Source: Eledone cirrhosa
Lineage: Eukaryota
Length of the DNA stretch: 64,000 nt
NCBI GenBank assembly: GCA_964016885.1
Contig: OZ024758.1
Span: forward strand, 39,060,001-39,124,000
Direction: 5' to 3'
The position numbers were made by a program, and so were the translations under genes. Below the pieces are notes generated by a model. That model ran no database searches, was not told the origin of the DNA, and saw only the letters and a program-made list of their open reading frames with translations. Position 1 is the first letter of the stretch. The number at the start of each line of letters is the position of its first letter. Positions 1 to 13,353 of the stretch are shown piece after piece.

Positions 1-3000
1 ACTCCAATGTTGGTGAGAATTCATTTAAGTTCATGGTATTAGCTGTCAGAAGTCACTCCACTGTTGGTGAGAATTCATTTAAGTTCATGGTACTAGCTGT
101 CAGAAGTAACCCCAATGTTGGTGAGAATTCATTTAAGTTCATGGTATTAGCTGTCAGAAGTCACTCCAATGTTGGTGAGAATTCATTTAAGTTCATGGTA
201 TTAGCTGTCAGAAGTAACTCCACTGTTGGTGAGAATTCATTTAAGTTCATGGTATTAGCTGTCAGAAGTAACTCCACTGTTGGTGAGAATTCATTTAAGT
301 TCATGGTATTAGCTGTCAGAAGTAACTCCACTGTTGGTGAGAATTCATTTAAGTTCATGGTATTAGCTGTCAGAAGGAACTCCAATGTTGGTGAGAATTC
401 ATTTAAGTCATGGTACTAGCTGTCAGAAGTAACTCCACTGTTGGTGAGAATTCATTTAAGTTCATGGTATTAGCTGTCAGAAGGAACGCCACTGTTGGTG
501 AGAATTCATTTAAATTCATGGTATTAGCTGTCAGAAGTAACTCCACTGTTGGTGAGAATTCATTTAAGTTCATGGTACTAGCTGTCAGAAGTAACTCCAA
601 TGTTGGTGAGAATTCATTTAAGTTCATGGTATTAGCTGTCAGAAGTCACTCCAATGTTGGTGAGAATTCATTTAAGTCATGGTACTAGCTGTCAGAAGTA
701 ACTCCACTGTTGGTGAGAATTCATTTAAGTTCATTGTATTAGCTGTCAGAAGGAACGCCACTGTTGGTGAGAATTCATTTAAGTTCATGGTATTAGCTGT
801 CAGAAGTAACTCCACTGTTGGTGAGAATTCATTTAAGTTCATGGTACTAGCTGTCAGAAGTAACTCCAATGTTGGTGAGAATTCATTTAAGTTCATGGTA
901 TTAGCTGTCAGAAGGAACTCCACTGTTGCTGAGAATTCATTTAAGTTCATGGTATTAGCTGTCAGAAGTAACTCCACTGTTGGTGAGAATTCATTTAAGT
1001 TCATGGTACTAGCTGTCAGAAGTCACTCCACTGTTGGTGAGAATACATTTAAGTTCATGGTACTAGCTGTCAGAAGTAACCCCAATGTTGGTGAGAATTC
1101 ATTTAAGTTCATGGTATTAGCTGTCAGAAGTCACTCCAATGTTGGTGAGAATTCATTTAAGTTCATGGTATTAGCTGTCAGAAGTAACTCCACTGTTGGT
1201 AAGAATTCATTTAAGTTCATGGTATTAGCTGTCAGAAGTAACTCCACTGTTGGTGAGAATTCATTTAAGTTCATGGTATTAGCTGTCAGAAGGAACGCCA
1301 CTGTTGGTGAGAATTCATTTAAGTTCATGGTATTAGCTGTCAGAAGTAACTCCACTGTTGGTGAGAATTCATTTAAGTTCATGGTATTAGCTGTCAGAAG
1401 TAACTCCACTGTTGGTGAGAATTCATTTAAGTTCATGGTATTAGCTGTCAGAAGTAACTCCACTGTTGGTGAGAATTCATTTAAGTTCATGGTATTAGCT
1501 GTCAGAAGTAACTCCACTGTTGGTGAGAATTCATTTAAGTTCATGGTATTAGCTGTCAGAAGTAACTCCACTGTTGGTGAGAATTCATTTAAGTTCATGG
1601 TATTAGCTGTCAGAAGGAACTCCAATGTTGGTGAGAATTCATTTAAGTTCATGGTATTAGCTGTCAGAAGTAACTCCACTGTTGGTGAGAATTCATTTAA
1701 GTTCATGGTATTAGCTGTCAGAAGGAACTCCAATGTTGGTGAGAATTCATTTAAGTCATGGTACTAGCTGTCAGAAGTAACTCCACTGTTGGTGAGAATT
1801 CATTTAAGTTCATGGTATTAGCTGTCAGAAGGAACGCCACTGTTGGTGAGAATTCATTTAAATTCATGGTATTAGCTGTCAGAAGTAACTCCACTGTTGG
1901 TGAGAATTCATTTAAGTTCATGGTACTAGCTGTCAGAAGTAACTCCAATGTTGGTGAGAATTCATTTAAGTTCATGGTATTAGCTGTCAGAAGTAACTCC
2001 ACTGTTGGTGAGAATTCATTTAAGTTCATGGTATTAGCTGTCAGAAGTCACTCCAATGTTGGTGAGAATTCATTTAAGTCATGGTACTAGCTGTCAGAAG
2101 TAACTCCACTGTTGGTGAGAATTCATTTAAGTTCATTGTATTAGCTGTCAGAAGGAACGCCACTGTTGGTGAGAATTCATTTAAGTTCATGGTATTAGCT
2201 GTCAGAAGTAACTCCACTGTTGGTGAGAATTCATTTAAGTTCATGGTACTAGCTGTCAGAAGTAACTCCAATGTTGGTGAGAATTCATTTAAGTTCATGG
2301 TATTAGCTGTCAGAAGGAACTCCACTGTTGCTGAGAATTCATTTAAGTTCATGGTATTAGCTGTCAGAAGTAACTCCACTGTTGGTGAGAATTCATTTAA
2401 GTTCATGGTACTAGCTGTCAGAAGTCACTCCACTGTTGGTGAGAATACATTTAAGTTCATGGTACTAGCTGTCAGAAGTAACCCCAATGTTGGTGAGAAT
2501 TCATTTAAGTTCATGGTATTAGCTGTCAGAAGTCACTCCAATGTTGGTGAGAATTCATTTAAGTTCATGGTATTAGCTGTCAGAAGTAACTCCACTGTTG
2601 GTAAGAATTCATTTAAGTTCATGGTATTAGCTGTCAGAAGTAACTCCACTGTTGGTGAGAATTCATTTAAGTTCATGGTATTAGCTGTCAGAAGGAACGC
2701 CACTGTTGGTGAGAATTCATTTAAGTTCATGGTATTAGCTGTCAGAAGTAACTCCACTGTTGGTGAGAATTCATTTAAGTTCATGGTACTAGCTGTCAGA
2801 AGTAACTCCACTGTTGGTGAGAATTCATTTAAGTTCATGGTATTAGCTGTCAGAAGTCACTCCAATGTTGGTGAGAATTCATTTAAGTTCATGGTATTAG
2901 CTGTCAGAAGTCACTCCACTGTTGGTGAGAATTCATTTAAGTTCATGGTACTAGCTGTCAGAAGTAACCCCAATGTTGGTGAGAATTCATTTAAGTTCAT

Positions 3001-6000
3001 GGTATTAGCTGTCAGAAGTAACTCCACTGTTGGTGAGAATTCATTTAAGTTCATGGTATTAGCTGTCAGAAGTAACTCCACTGTTGGTGAGAATTCATTT
3101 AAGTTCATGGTATTAGCTGTCAGAAGTAACTCCACTGTTGGTGAGAATTCATTTAAGTCATGGTATTAGCTGTCAGAAGTAACTCCAATGTTGGTGAGAA
3201 TTCATTTAAGTTCATGGTATTAGCTGTCAGAAGTCACTCCACTGTTGGTGAGAATTCATTTAAGTTCATGGTACTAGCTGTCAGAAGTAACCCCAATGTT
3301 GGTGAGAATTCATTTAAGTGCATGGTATTAGCTGTCAGAAGTCACTCCAATGTTGGTGAGAATTCATTTAAGTTCATGGTATTAGCTGTCAGAAGTAACT
3401 CCACTGTTGGTGAGAATTCATTTAAGTTCATGGTATTAGCTGTCAGAAGTAACTCCACTGTTGGTGAGAATTCATTTAAGTTCATTGTATTAGCTGTAAG
3501 AAGGAACGCCACTGTTGGTGAGAATTCATTTAAGTTCATGGTATTAGCTGTCAGAAGTAACTCCACTGTTGGTGAGAATTCATTTAAGTTCATGGTACTA
3601 GCTGTCAGAAGTAACTCCAATGTTGGTGAGAATTCATTTAAGTTCATGGTATTAGCTGTCAGAAGGAACTCCACTGTTGCTGAGAATTCATTTAAGTTCA
3701 TGGTATTAGCTGTCAGAAGTAACTCCACTGTTGGTGAGAATTCATTTAAGTTCATGGTACTAGCTGTCAGAAGTCACTCCACTGTTGGTGAGAATACATT
3801 TAAGTTCATGGTACTAGCTGTCAGAAGTAACCCCAATGTTGGTGAGAATTCATTTAAGTTCATGGTATTAGCTGTCAGAAGTCACTCCAATGTTGGTGAG
3901 AATTCATTTAAGTTCATGGTATTAGCTGTCAGAAGTAACTCCACTGTTGGTAAGAATTCATTTAAGTTCATGGTATTAGCTGTCAGAAGTAACTCCACTG
4001 TTGGTGAGAATTCATTTAAGTTCATGGTATTAGCTGTCAGAAGGAACGCCACTGTTGGTGAGAATTCATTTAAGTTCATGGTATTAGCTGTCAGAAGTAA
4101 CTCCACTGTTGGTGAGAATTCATTTAAGTTCATGGTACTAGCTGTCAGAAGTAACTCCACTGTTGGTGAGAATTCATTTAAGTTCATGGTATTAGCTGTC
4201 AGAAGTCACTCCAATGTTGGTGAGAATTCATTTAAGTTCATGGTATTAGCTGTCAGAAGTCACTCCACTGTTGGTGAGAATTCATTTAAGTTCATGGTAC
4301 TAGCTGTCAGAAGTAACCCCAATGTTGGTGAGAATTCATTTAAGTTCATGGTATTAGCTGTCAGAAGTCACTCCAATGTTGGTGAGAATTCATTTAAGTT
4401 CATGGTATTAGCTGTCAGAAGTCACTCCACTGTTGGTGAGAATTCATTTAAGTTCATGGTACTAGCTGTCAGAAGTAACCCCAATGTTGGTGAGAATTCA
4501 TTTAAGTTGATGGTATTAGCTGTCAGAAGTCACTCCAATGTTGGTGAGAATTCATTTAAGTTCATGGTATTAGCTGTCAGAAGTAACTCCACTGTTGGTG
4601 AGAATTCATTTAAGTTCATGGTATTAGCTGTCAGAGGTAACTCCACTGTTGGTGAGAATTCATTTAAGTCATGGTATTAGCTGTCAGAAGTAACTCCGAT
4701 GTTGGTGAGAATTCATTTAAGTTCATGGTATTAGCTGTCAGAAGTCACTCCACTGTTGGTGAGAATTCATTTAAGTTCATGGTACTAGCTGTCAGAAGTA
4801 ACCCCAATGTTGGTGAGAATTCATTTACGTTCATGGTATTAGCTGTCAGAAGTCACTCCAATGTTGGTGAGAATTCATTTAAGTTCATGGTATTAGCTGT
4901 CAGAAGTAACTGCACTGTTGGTGAGAATTCATTTAAGTTCATGGTATTAGCTGTCAGAAGTAACTCCACTGTTGGTGAGAATTAATTTAAGTTCATTGTA
5001 TTAGCTGTCAGAAGGAACGCCACTGTTGGTGAGAATTCATTTAAGTTCATGGTATTAGCTGTCAGAAGTAACTCCACTGTTGGTGAGAATTCATTTAAGT
5101 TCATGGTACTAGCTGTCAGAAGTAACTCCAATGTTGGTGAGAATTCATTTAAGTTCATGGTATTAGCTGTCAGAAGGAACTCCACTGTTGCTGAGAATTC
5201 ATTTAAGTTCATGGTATTAGCTGTCAGAAGTAACTCCACTGTTGGTGAGAATTCATTTAAGTTCATGGTACTAGCTGTCAGAAGTCACTCCACTGTTGGT
5301 GAGAATACATTTAAGTTCATGGTACTAGCTGTCAGAAGTAACCCCAATGTTGGTGAGAATTCATTTAAGTTCATGGTATTAGCTGTCAGAAGTCACTCCA
5401 ATGTTGGTGAGAATTCATTTAAGTTCATGGTATTAGCTGTCAGAAGTAACTCCACTGTTGGTAAGAATTCATTTAAGTTCATGGTATTAGCTGTCAGAAG
5501 TAACTCCACTGTTGGTGAGAATTCATTTAAGTTCATGGTATTAGCTGTCAGAAGGAACGCCACTGTTGGTGAGAATTCATTTAAGTTCATGGTATTAGCT
5601 GTCAGAAGTAACTCCACTGTTGGTGAGAATTCATTTAAGTTCATGGTACTAGCTGTCAGAAGTAACTCCACTGTTGGTGAGAATTCATTTAAGTTCATGG
5701 TATTAGCTGTCAGAAGTCACTCCAATGTTGGTGAGAATTCATTTAAGTTCATGGTATTAGCTGTCAGAAGTCACTCCACTGTTGGTGAGAATTCATTTAA
5801 GTTCATGGTACTAGCTGTCAGAAGTAACCCCAATGTTGGTGAGAATTCATTTAAGTTCATGGTATTAGCTGTCAGAAGTCACTCCAATGTTGGTGAGAAT
5901 TCATTTAAGTTCATGGTATTAGCTGTCAGAAGTAACTCCACTGTTGGTGAGAATTCATTTAAGTTCATGGTATTAGCTGTCAGAAGTAACTCCACTGTTG

Positions 6001-9000
6001 GTGAGAATTCATTTAAGTTCATGGTATTAGCTGTCAGAAGTAACTCCACTGTTGGTGAGAATTCATTTAAGTCATGGTATTAGCTGTCAGAAGTAACTCC
6101 AATGTTGGTGAGAATTCATTTAAGTTCATGGTATTAGCTGTCAGAAGTCACTCCACTGTTGGTGAGAATTCATTTAAGTTCATGGTACTAGCTGTCAGAA
6201 GTAACCCCAATGTTGGTGAGAATTCATTTAAGTTCATGGTATTAGCTGTCAGAAGTCACTCCAATGTTGGTGAGAATTCATTTAAGTTCATGGTATTAGC
6301 TGTCAGAAGTCACTCCACTGTTGGTGAGAATTCATTTAAGTTCATGGTACTAGCTGTCAGAAGTAACCCCAATGTTGGTGAGAATTCATTTAAGTTCATG
6401 GTATTAGCTGTCAGAAGTCACTCCAATGTTGGTGAGAATTCATTTAAGTTCATGGTATTAGCTGTCAGAAGTAACTCCACTGTTGGTGAGAATTCATTTA
6501 AGTTCATGGTATTAGCTGTCAGAAGTAACTCCACTGTTGGTGAGAATTCATTTAAGTTCATGGTATTAGCTGTCAGAAGTAACTCCACTGTTGGTGAGAA
6601 TTCATTTAAGTCATGGTATTAGCTGTCAGAAGTAACTCCAATGTTGGTGAGAATTCATTTAAGTTCATGGTATTAGCTGTCAGAAGTCACTCCACTGTTG
6701 GTGAGAATTCATTTAAGTTCATGGTACTAGCTGTCAGAAGTAACCCCAATGTTGGTGAGAATTCATTTAAGTTCATGGTATTAGCTGTCAGAAGTCACTC
6801 CAATGTTGGTGAGAATTCATTTAAGTTCATGGTATTAGCTGTCAGAAGTAACTCCACTGTTGGTGAGAATTCATTTAAGTTCATGGTATTAGCTGTCAGA
6901 AGTAACTCCACTGTTGGTGAGAATTCATTTAAGTTCATTGTATTAGCTGTCAGAAGGAACGCCACTGTTGGTGAGAATTCATTTAAGTTCATGGTATTAG
7001 CTGTCAGAAGTAACTCCACTGTTGGTGAGAATTCATTTAAGTTCATGGTACTAGCTGTCAGAAGTAACTCCAATGTTGGTGAGAATTCATTTAAGTTCAT
7101 GGTATTAGCTGTCAGAAGGAACACCACTGTTGCTGAGAATTCATTTAAGTTCATGGTATTAGCTGTCAGAAGTAACTCCACTGTTGGTGAGAATTCATTT
7201 AAGTTCATGGTACTAGCTGTCAGAAGTCACTCCACTGTTGGTGAGAATTCATTTAAGTTCATGGTACTAGCTGTCAGAAGTAACTCCACTGTTGGTGAGA
7301 ATTCATTTAAGTTCATGGTATTAGCTGTCAGAAGTCACTCCAATGTTGGTGAGAATTCATTTAAGTTCATGGTATTAGCTGTCAGAAGTCACTCCACTGT
7401 TGGTGAGAATTCATTTAAGTTCATGGTACTAGCTGTCAGAAGTAACCCCAATGTTGGTGAGAATTCATTTAAGTTCATGGTATTAGCTGTCAGAAGTCAC
7501 TCCAATGTTGGTGAGAATTCATTTAAGTTCATGGTATTAGCTGTCAGAAGTAACTCCACTGTTGGTGAGAATTCATTTAAGTTCATGGTATTAGCTGTCA
7601 GAAGTAACTCCACTGTTGGTGAGAATTCATTTAAGTTCATGGTATTAGCTGTCAGAAGTAACTCCACTGTTGGTGAGAATTCATTTAAGTCATGGTATTA
7701 GCTGTCAGAAGTAACTCCAATGTTGGTGAGAATTCATTTAAGTTCATGGTATTAGCTGTCAGAAGTCACTCCACTGTTGGTGAGAATTCATTTAAGTTCA
7801 TGGTACTAGCTGTCAGAAGTAACCCCAATGTTGGTGAGAATTCATTTAAGTTCATGGTATTAGCTGTCAGAAGTCACTCCAATGTTGGTGAGAATTCATT
7901 TAAGTTCATGGTATTAGCTGTCAGAAGTCACTCCACTGTTGGTGAGAATTCATTTAAGTTCATGGTACTAGCTGTCAGAAGTAACCCCAATGTTGGTGAG
8001 AATTCATTTAAGTTCATGGTATTAGCTGTCAGAAGTCACTCCAATGTTGGTGAGAATTCATTTAAGTTCATGGTATTAGCTGTCAGAAGTAACTCCACTG
8101 TTGGTGAGAATTCATTTAAGTTCATGGTATTAGCTGTCAGAAGTAACTCCACTGTTGGTGAGAATTCATTTAAGTTCATGGTATTAGCTGTCAGAAGTAA
8201 CTCCACTGTTGGTGAGAATTCATTTAAGTCATGGTATTAGCTGTCAGAAGTAACTCCAATGTTGGTGAGAATTCATTTAAGTTCATGGTATTAGCTGTCA
8301 GAAGTCACTCCACTGTTGGTGAGAATTCATTTAAGTTCATGGTACTAGCTGTCAGAAGTAACCCCAATGTTGGTGAGAATTCATTTAAGTTCATGGTATT
8401 AGCTGTCAGAAGTCACTCCAATGTTGGTGAGAATTCATTTAAGTTCATGGTATTAGCTGTCAGAAGTAACTCCACTGTTGGTGAGAATTCATTTAAGTTC
8501 ATGGTATTAGCTGTCAGAAGTAACTCCACTGTTGGTGAGAATTCATTTAAGTTCATTGTATTAGCTGTCAGAAGGAACGCCACTGTTGGTGAGAATTCAT
8601 TTAAGTTCATGGTATTAGCTGTCAGAAGTAACTCCACTGTTGGTGAGAATTCATTTAAGTTCATGGTACTAGCTGTCAGAAGTAACTCCAATGTTGGTGA
8701 GAATTCATTTAAGTTCATGGTATTAGCTGTCAGAAGGAACTCCACTGTTGCTGAGAATTCATTTAAGTTGATGGTATTAGCTGTCAGAAGTAACTCCACT
8801 GTTGGTGAGAATTCATTTAAGTTCATGGTACTAGCTGTCAGAAGTCACTCCACTGTTGGTGAGAATTCATTTAAGTTCATGGTATTAGCTGTCAGAAGTA
8901 ACTCCACTGTTGGTGAGAATTCATTTAAGTCATGGTATTAGCTGTCAGAAGTCACTCCAATGTTGGTGAGAATTCATTTAAGTTCATGGTATTAGCTGTC

Positions 9001-11466
9001 AGAAGTAACTCCACTGTTGGTAAGAATTCATTTAAGTTCATGGTATTAGCTGTCAGAAGTCACTCCACTGTTGGTGAGAATTCATTTAAGTTCATGGTAC
9101 TAGCTGTCAGAAGTAACCCCAATGTTGGTGAGAATTCATTTAAGTTCATGGTATTAGCTGTCAGAAGTCACTCCAATGTTGGTGAGAATTCATTTAAGTT
9201 CATGGTATTAGCTGTCAGAAGTAACTCCACTGTTGGTGAGAATTCATTTAAGTTCATGGTATTAGCTGTCAGAGGTAACTCCACTGTTGGTGAGAATTCA
9301 TTTAAGTCATGGTATTAGCTGTCAGAAGTAACTCCAATGTTGGTGAGAATTCATTTAAGTTCATGGTATTAGCTGTCAGAAGTAACCCCAATGTTGGTGA
9401 GAATTCATTTACGTTCATGGTATTAGCTGTCAGAAGTCACTCCAATGTTGGTGAGAATTCATTTAAGTTCATGGTATTAGCTGTCAGAAGTAACTCCACT
9501 GTTGGTGAGAATTCATTTAAGTTCATGGTATTAGCTGTCAGAAGTAACCCCACTGTTGGTGAGAATTCATTTAAGTTCATTGTATTAGCTGTCAGAAGGA
9601 ACGCCACTGTTGGTGAGAATTCATTTAAGTTCATGGTATTAGCTGTCAGAAGTAACTCCACTGTTGGTGAGAATTCATTTAAGTTCATGGTACTAGCTGT
9701 CAGAAGTAACTCCAATGTTGGTGAGAATTCATTTAAGTTCATGGTATTAGCTGTCAGAAGGAACTCCACTGTTGCTGAGAATTCATTTAAGTTCATGGTA
9801 TTAGCTGTCAGAAGTAACTCCACTGTTGGTGAGAATTCATTTAAGTTCATGGTACTAGCTGTCAGAAGTCACTCCACTGTTGGTGAGAATACATTTAAGT
9901 TCATGGTACTAGCTGTCAGAAGTAACCCCAATGTTGGTGAGAATTCATTTAAGTTCATGGTATTAGCTGTCAGAAGTCACTCCAATGTTGGTGAGAATTC
10001 ATTTAAGTTCATGGTATTAGCTGTCAGAAGTAACTCCACTGTTGGTAAGAATTCATTTAAGTTCATGGTATTAGCTGTCAGAAGTAACTCCACTGTTGGT
10101 GAGAATTCATTTAAGTTCATGGTATTAGCTGTCAGAAGGAACGCCACTGTTGGTGAGAATTCATTTAAGTTCATGGTATTAGCTGTCAGAAGTAACTCCA
10201 CTGTTGGTGAGAATTCATTTAAGTTCATGGTACTAGCTGTCAGAAGTAACTCCACTGTTGGTGAGAATTCATTTAAGTTCATGGTATTAGCTGTCAGAAG
10301 TCACTCCAATGTTGGTGAGAATTCATTTAAGTTCATGGTATTAGCTGTCAGAAGTCACTCCACTGTTGGTGAGAATTCATTTAAGTTCATGGTACTAGCT
10401 GTCAGAAGTAACCCCAATGTTGGTGAGAATTCATTTAAGTTCATGGTATTAGCTGTCAGAAGTCACTCCAATGTTGGTGAGAATTCATTTAAGTTCATGG
10501 TATTAGCTGTCAGAAGTAACTCCACTGTTGGTGAGAATTCATTTAAGTTCATGGTATTAGCTGTCAGAAGTAACACCACTGTTGGTGAGAATTCATTTAA
10601 GTTCATGGTATTAGCTGTCAGAAGTAACTCCACTGTTGGTGAGAATTCATTTAAGTCATGGTATTAGCTGTCAGAAGTAACTCCAATGTTGGTGAGAATT
10701 CATTTAAGTTCATGGTATTAGCTGTCAGAAGTCACTCCACTGTTGGTGAGAATTCATTTACGTTCATGGTACTAGCTGTCAGAAGTAACCCCAATGTTGG
10801 TGAGAATTCATTTAAGTTCATGGTATTAGCTGTCAGAAGTCACTCCAATGTTGGTGAGAATTCATTTAAGTTCATGGTATTAGCTGTCAGAAGTCACTCC
10901 ACTGTTGGTGAGAATTCATTTAAGTTCATGGTACTAGCTGTCAGAAGTAACCCCAATGTTGGTGAGAATTCATTTAAGTTCATGGTATTAGCTGTCAGAA
11001 GTCACTCCAATGTTGGTGAGAATTCATTTAAGTTCATGGTATTAGCTGTCAGAAGTAACTCCACTGTTGGTGAGAATTCATTTAAGTTCATGGTATTAGC
11101 TGTCAGAAGTAACTCCACTGTTGGTGAGAATTCATTTAAGTTCATGGTATTAGCTGTCAGAAGTAACTCCACTGTTGGTGAGAATTCATTTAAGTCATGG
11201 TATTAGCTGTCAGAAGTAACTCCAATGTTGGTGAGAATTCATTTAAGTTCATGGTATTAGCTGTCAGAAGTCACTCCACTGTTGGTGAGAATTCATTTAA
11301 GTTCATGGTACTAGCTGTCAGAAGTAACCCCAATGTTGGTGAGAATTCATTTAAGTTCATGGTATTAGCTGTCAGAAGTCACTCCAATGTTGGTGAGAAT
11401 TCATTTAAGTTCATGGTATTAGCTGTCAGAAGTAACTCCACTGTTGGTGAGAATTCATTTAAGTTC

Positions 11467-13353
11467 ATGGTATTAGCTGTCAGAAGTAACTCCACTGTTG
11501 GTGAGAATTCATTTAAGTTCATTGTATTAGCTGTCAGAAGGAACGCCACTGTTGGTGAGAATTCATTTAAGTTCATGGTATTAGCTGTCAGAAGTAACTC
11601 CACTGTTGGTGAGAATTCATTTAAGTTCATGGTACTAGCTGTCAGAAGTAACTCCAATGTTGGTGAGAATTCATTTAAGTTCATGGTATTAGCTGTCAGA
11701 AGGAACTCCACTGTTGCTGAGAATTCATTTAAGTTGATGGTATTAGCTGTCAGAAGTAACTCCACTGTTGGTGAGAATTCATTTAAGTTCATGGTACTAG
11801 CTGTCAGAAGTCACTCCACTGTTGGTGAGAATACATTTAAGTTCATGGTACTAGCTGTCAGAAGTAACCCCAATGTTGGTGAGAATTCATTTAAGTTCAT
11901 GGTATTAGCTGTCAGAAGTCACTCCAATGTTGGTGAGAATTCATTTAAGTTCATGGTATTAGCTGTCAGAAGTAACTCCACTGTTGGTAAGAATTCATTT
12001 AAGTTCATGGTATTAGCTGTCAGAAGTAACTCCACTGTTGGTGAGAATTCATTTAAGTTCATGGTATTAGCTGTCAGAAGGAACGCCACTGTTGGTGAGA
12101 ATTCATTTAAGTTCATGGTATTAGCTGTCAGAAGTAACTCCACTGTTGGTGAGAATTCATTTAAGTTCATGGTACTAGCTGTCAGAAGTAACTCCACTGT
12201 TGGTGAGAATTCATTTAAGTTCATGGTATTAGCTGTCAGAAGTCACTCCAATGTTGGTGAGAATTCATTTAAGTTCATGGTATTAGCTGTCAGAAGTCAC
12301 TCCACTGTTGGTGAGAATTCATTTAAGTTCATGGTACTAGCTGTCAGAAGTAACCCCAATGTTGGTGAGAATTCATTTAAGTTCATGGTATTAGCTGTCA
12401 GAAGTCACTCCAATGTTGGTGAGAATTCATTTAAGTTCATGGTATTAGCTGTCAGAAGTAACTCCACTGTTGGTGAGAATTCATTTAAGTTCATGGTATT
12501 AGCTGTCAGAAGTAACTCCACTGTTGGTGAGAATTCATTTAAGTTCATGGTATTAGCTGTCAGAAGTAACTCCACTGTTGGTGAGAATTCATTTAAGTCA
12601 TGGTATTAGCTGTCAGAAGTAACTCCAATGTTGGTGAGAATTCATTTAAGTTCATGGTATTAGCTGTCAGAAGTCACTCCACTGTTGGTGAGAATTCATT
12701 TAAGTTCATGGTACTAGCTGTCAGAAGTAACCCCAATGTTGGTGAGAATTCATTTAAGTTCATGGTATTAGCTGTCAGAAGTCACTCCAATGTTGGTGAG
12801 AATTCATTTAAGTTCATGGTATTAGCTGTCAGAAGTAACTCCACTGTTGGTGAGAATTCATTTAAGTTCATGGTATTAGCTGTCAGAAGTAACTCCACTG
12901 TTGGTGAGAATTCATTTAAGTTCATGGTATTAGCTGTCAGAAGTAACTCCACTGTTGGTGAGAATTCATTTAAGTTCATGGTATTAGCTGTCAGAAGGAA
13001 CTCCAATGTTGGTGAGAATTCATTTAAGTCATGGTACTAGCTGTCAGAAGTAACTCCACTGTTGGTGAGAATTCATTTAAGTTCATGGTATTAGCTGTCA
13101 GAAGGAACGCCACTGTTGGTGAGAATTCATTTAAATTCATGGTATTAGCTGTCAGAAGTAACTCCACTGTTGGTGAGAATTCATTTAAGTTCATGGTACT
13201 AGCTGTCAGAAGTAACTCCAATGTTGGTGAGAATTCATTTAAGTTCATGGTATTAGCTGTCAGAAGTAACTCCACTGTTGGTGAGAATTCATTTAAGTTC
13301 ATGGTATTAGCTGTCAGAAGTCACTCCAATGTTGGTGAGAATTCATTTAAGTC
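11467..13353. repeat. Representative 35-monomer higher-order repeat unit (1,887 bp = 35x54-3), blocks C(21)+A(8)+B(6)
   Basis: Each block ends in a 53-bp monomer. Block A is 431 bp (12600, 14487, 16699, 22955, 24842, 27054, 32015, 34279). Block B is 323 bp (1758, 13031, 14918, 23386, 25273, 27485, 29372, 32446, 34710, 46476, 51007, 53650, 59795). Block C is ~1,133 bp and carries diagnostic ATT, GCT-GAG, AAT-ACA and GGT-AAG monomers in fixed order. Confidence 0.85.

Noticed and set aside
1131-1733. Minus-strand MNLNEFSPTVELLLTANT-repeat ORFs (apparent overlapping antisense coding)
   Set aside because: Same artefact. They terminate wherever the common AGTCAC variant creates TGA on the minus strand.
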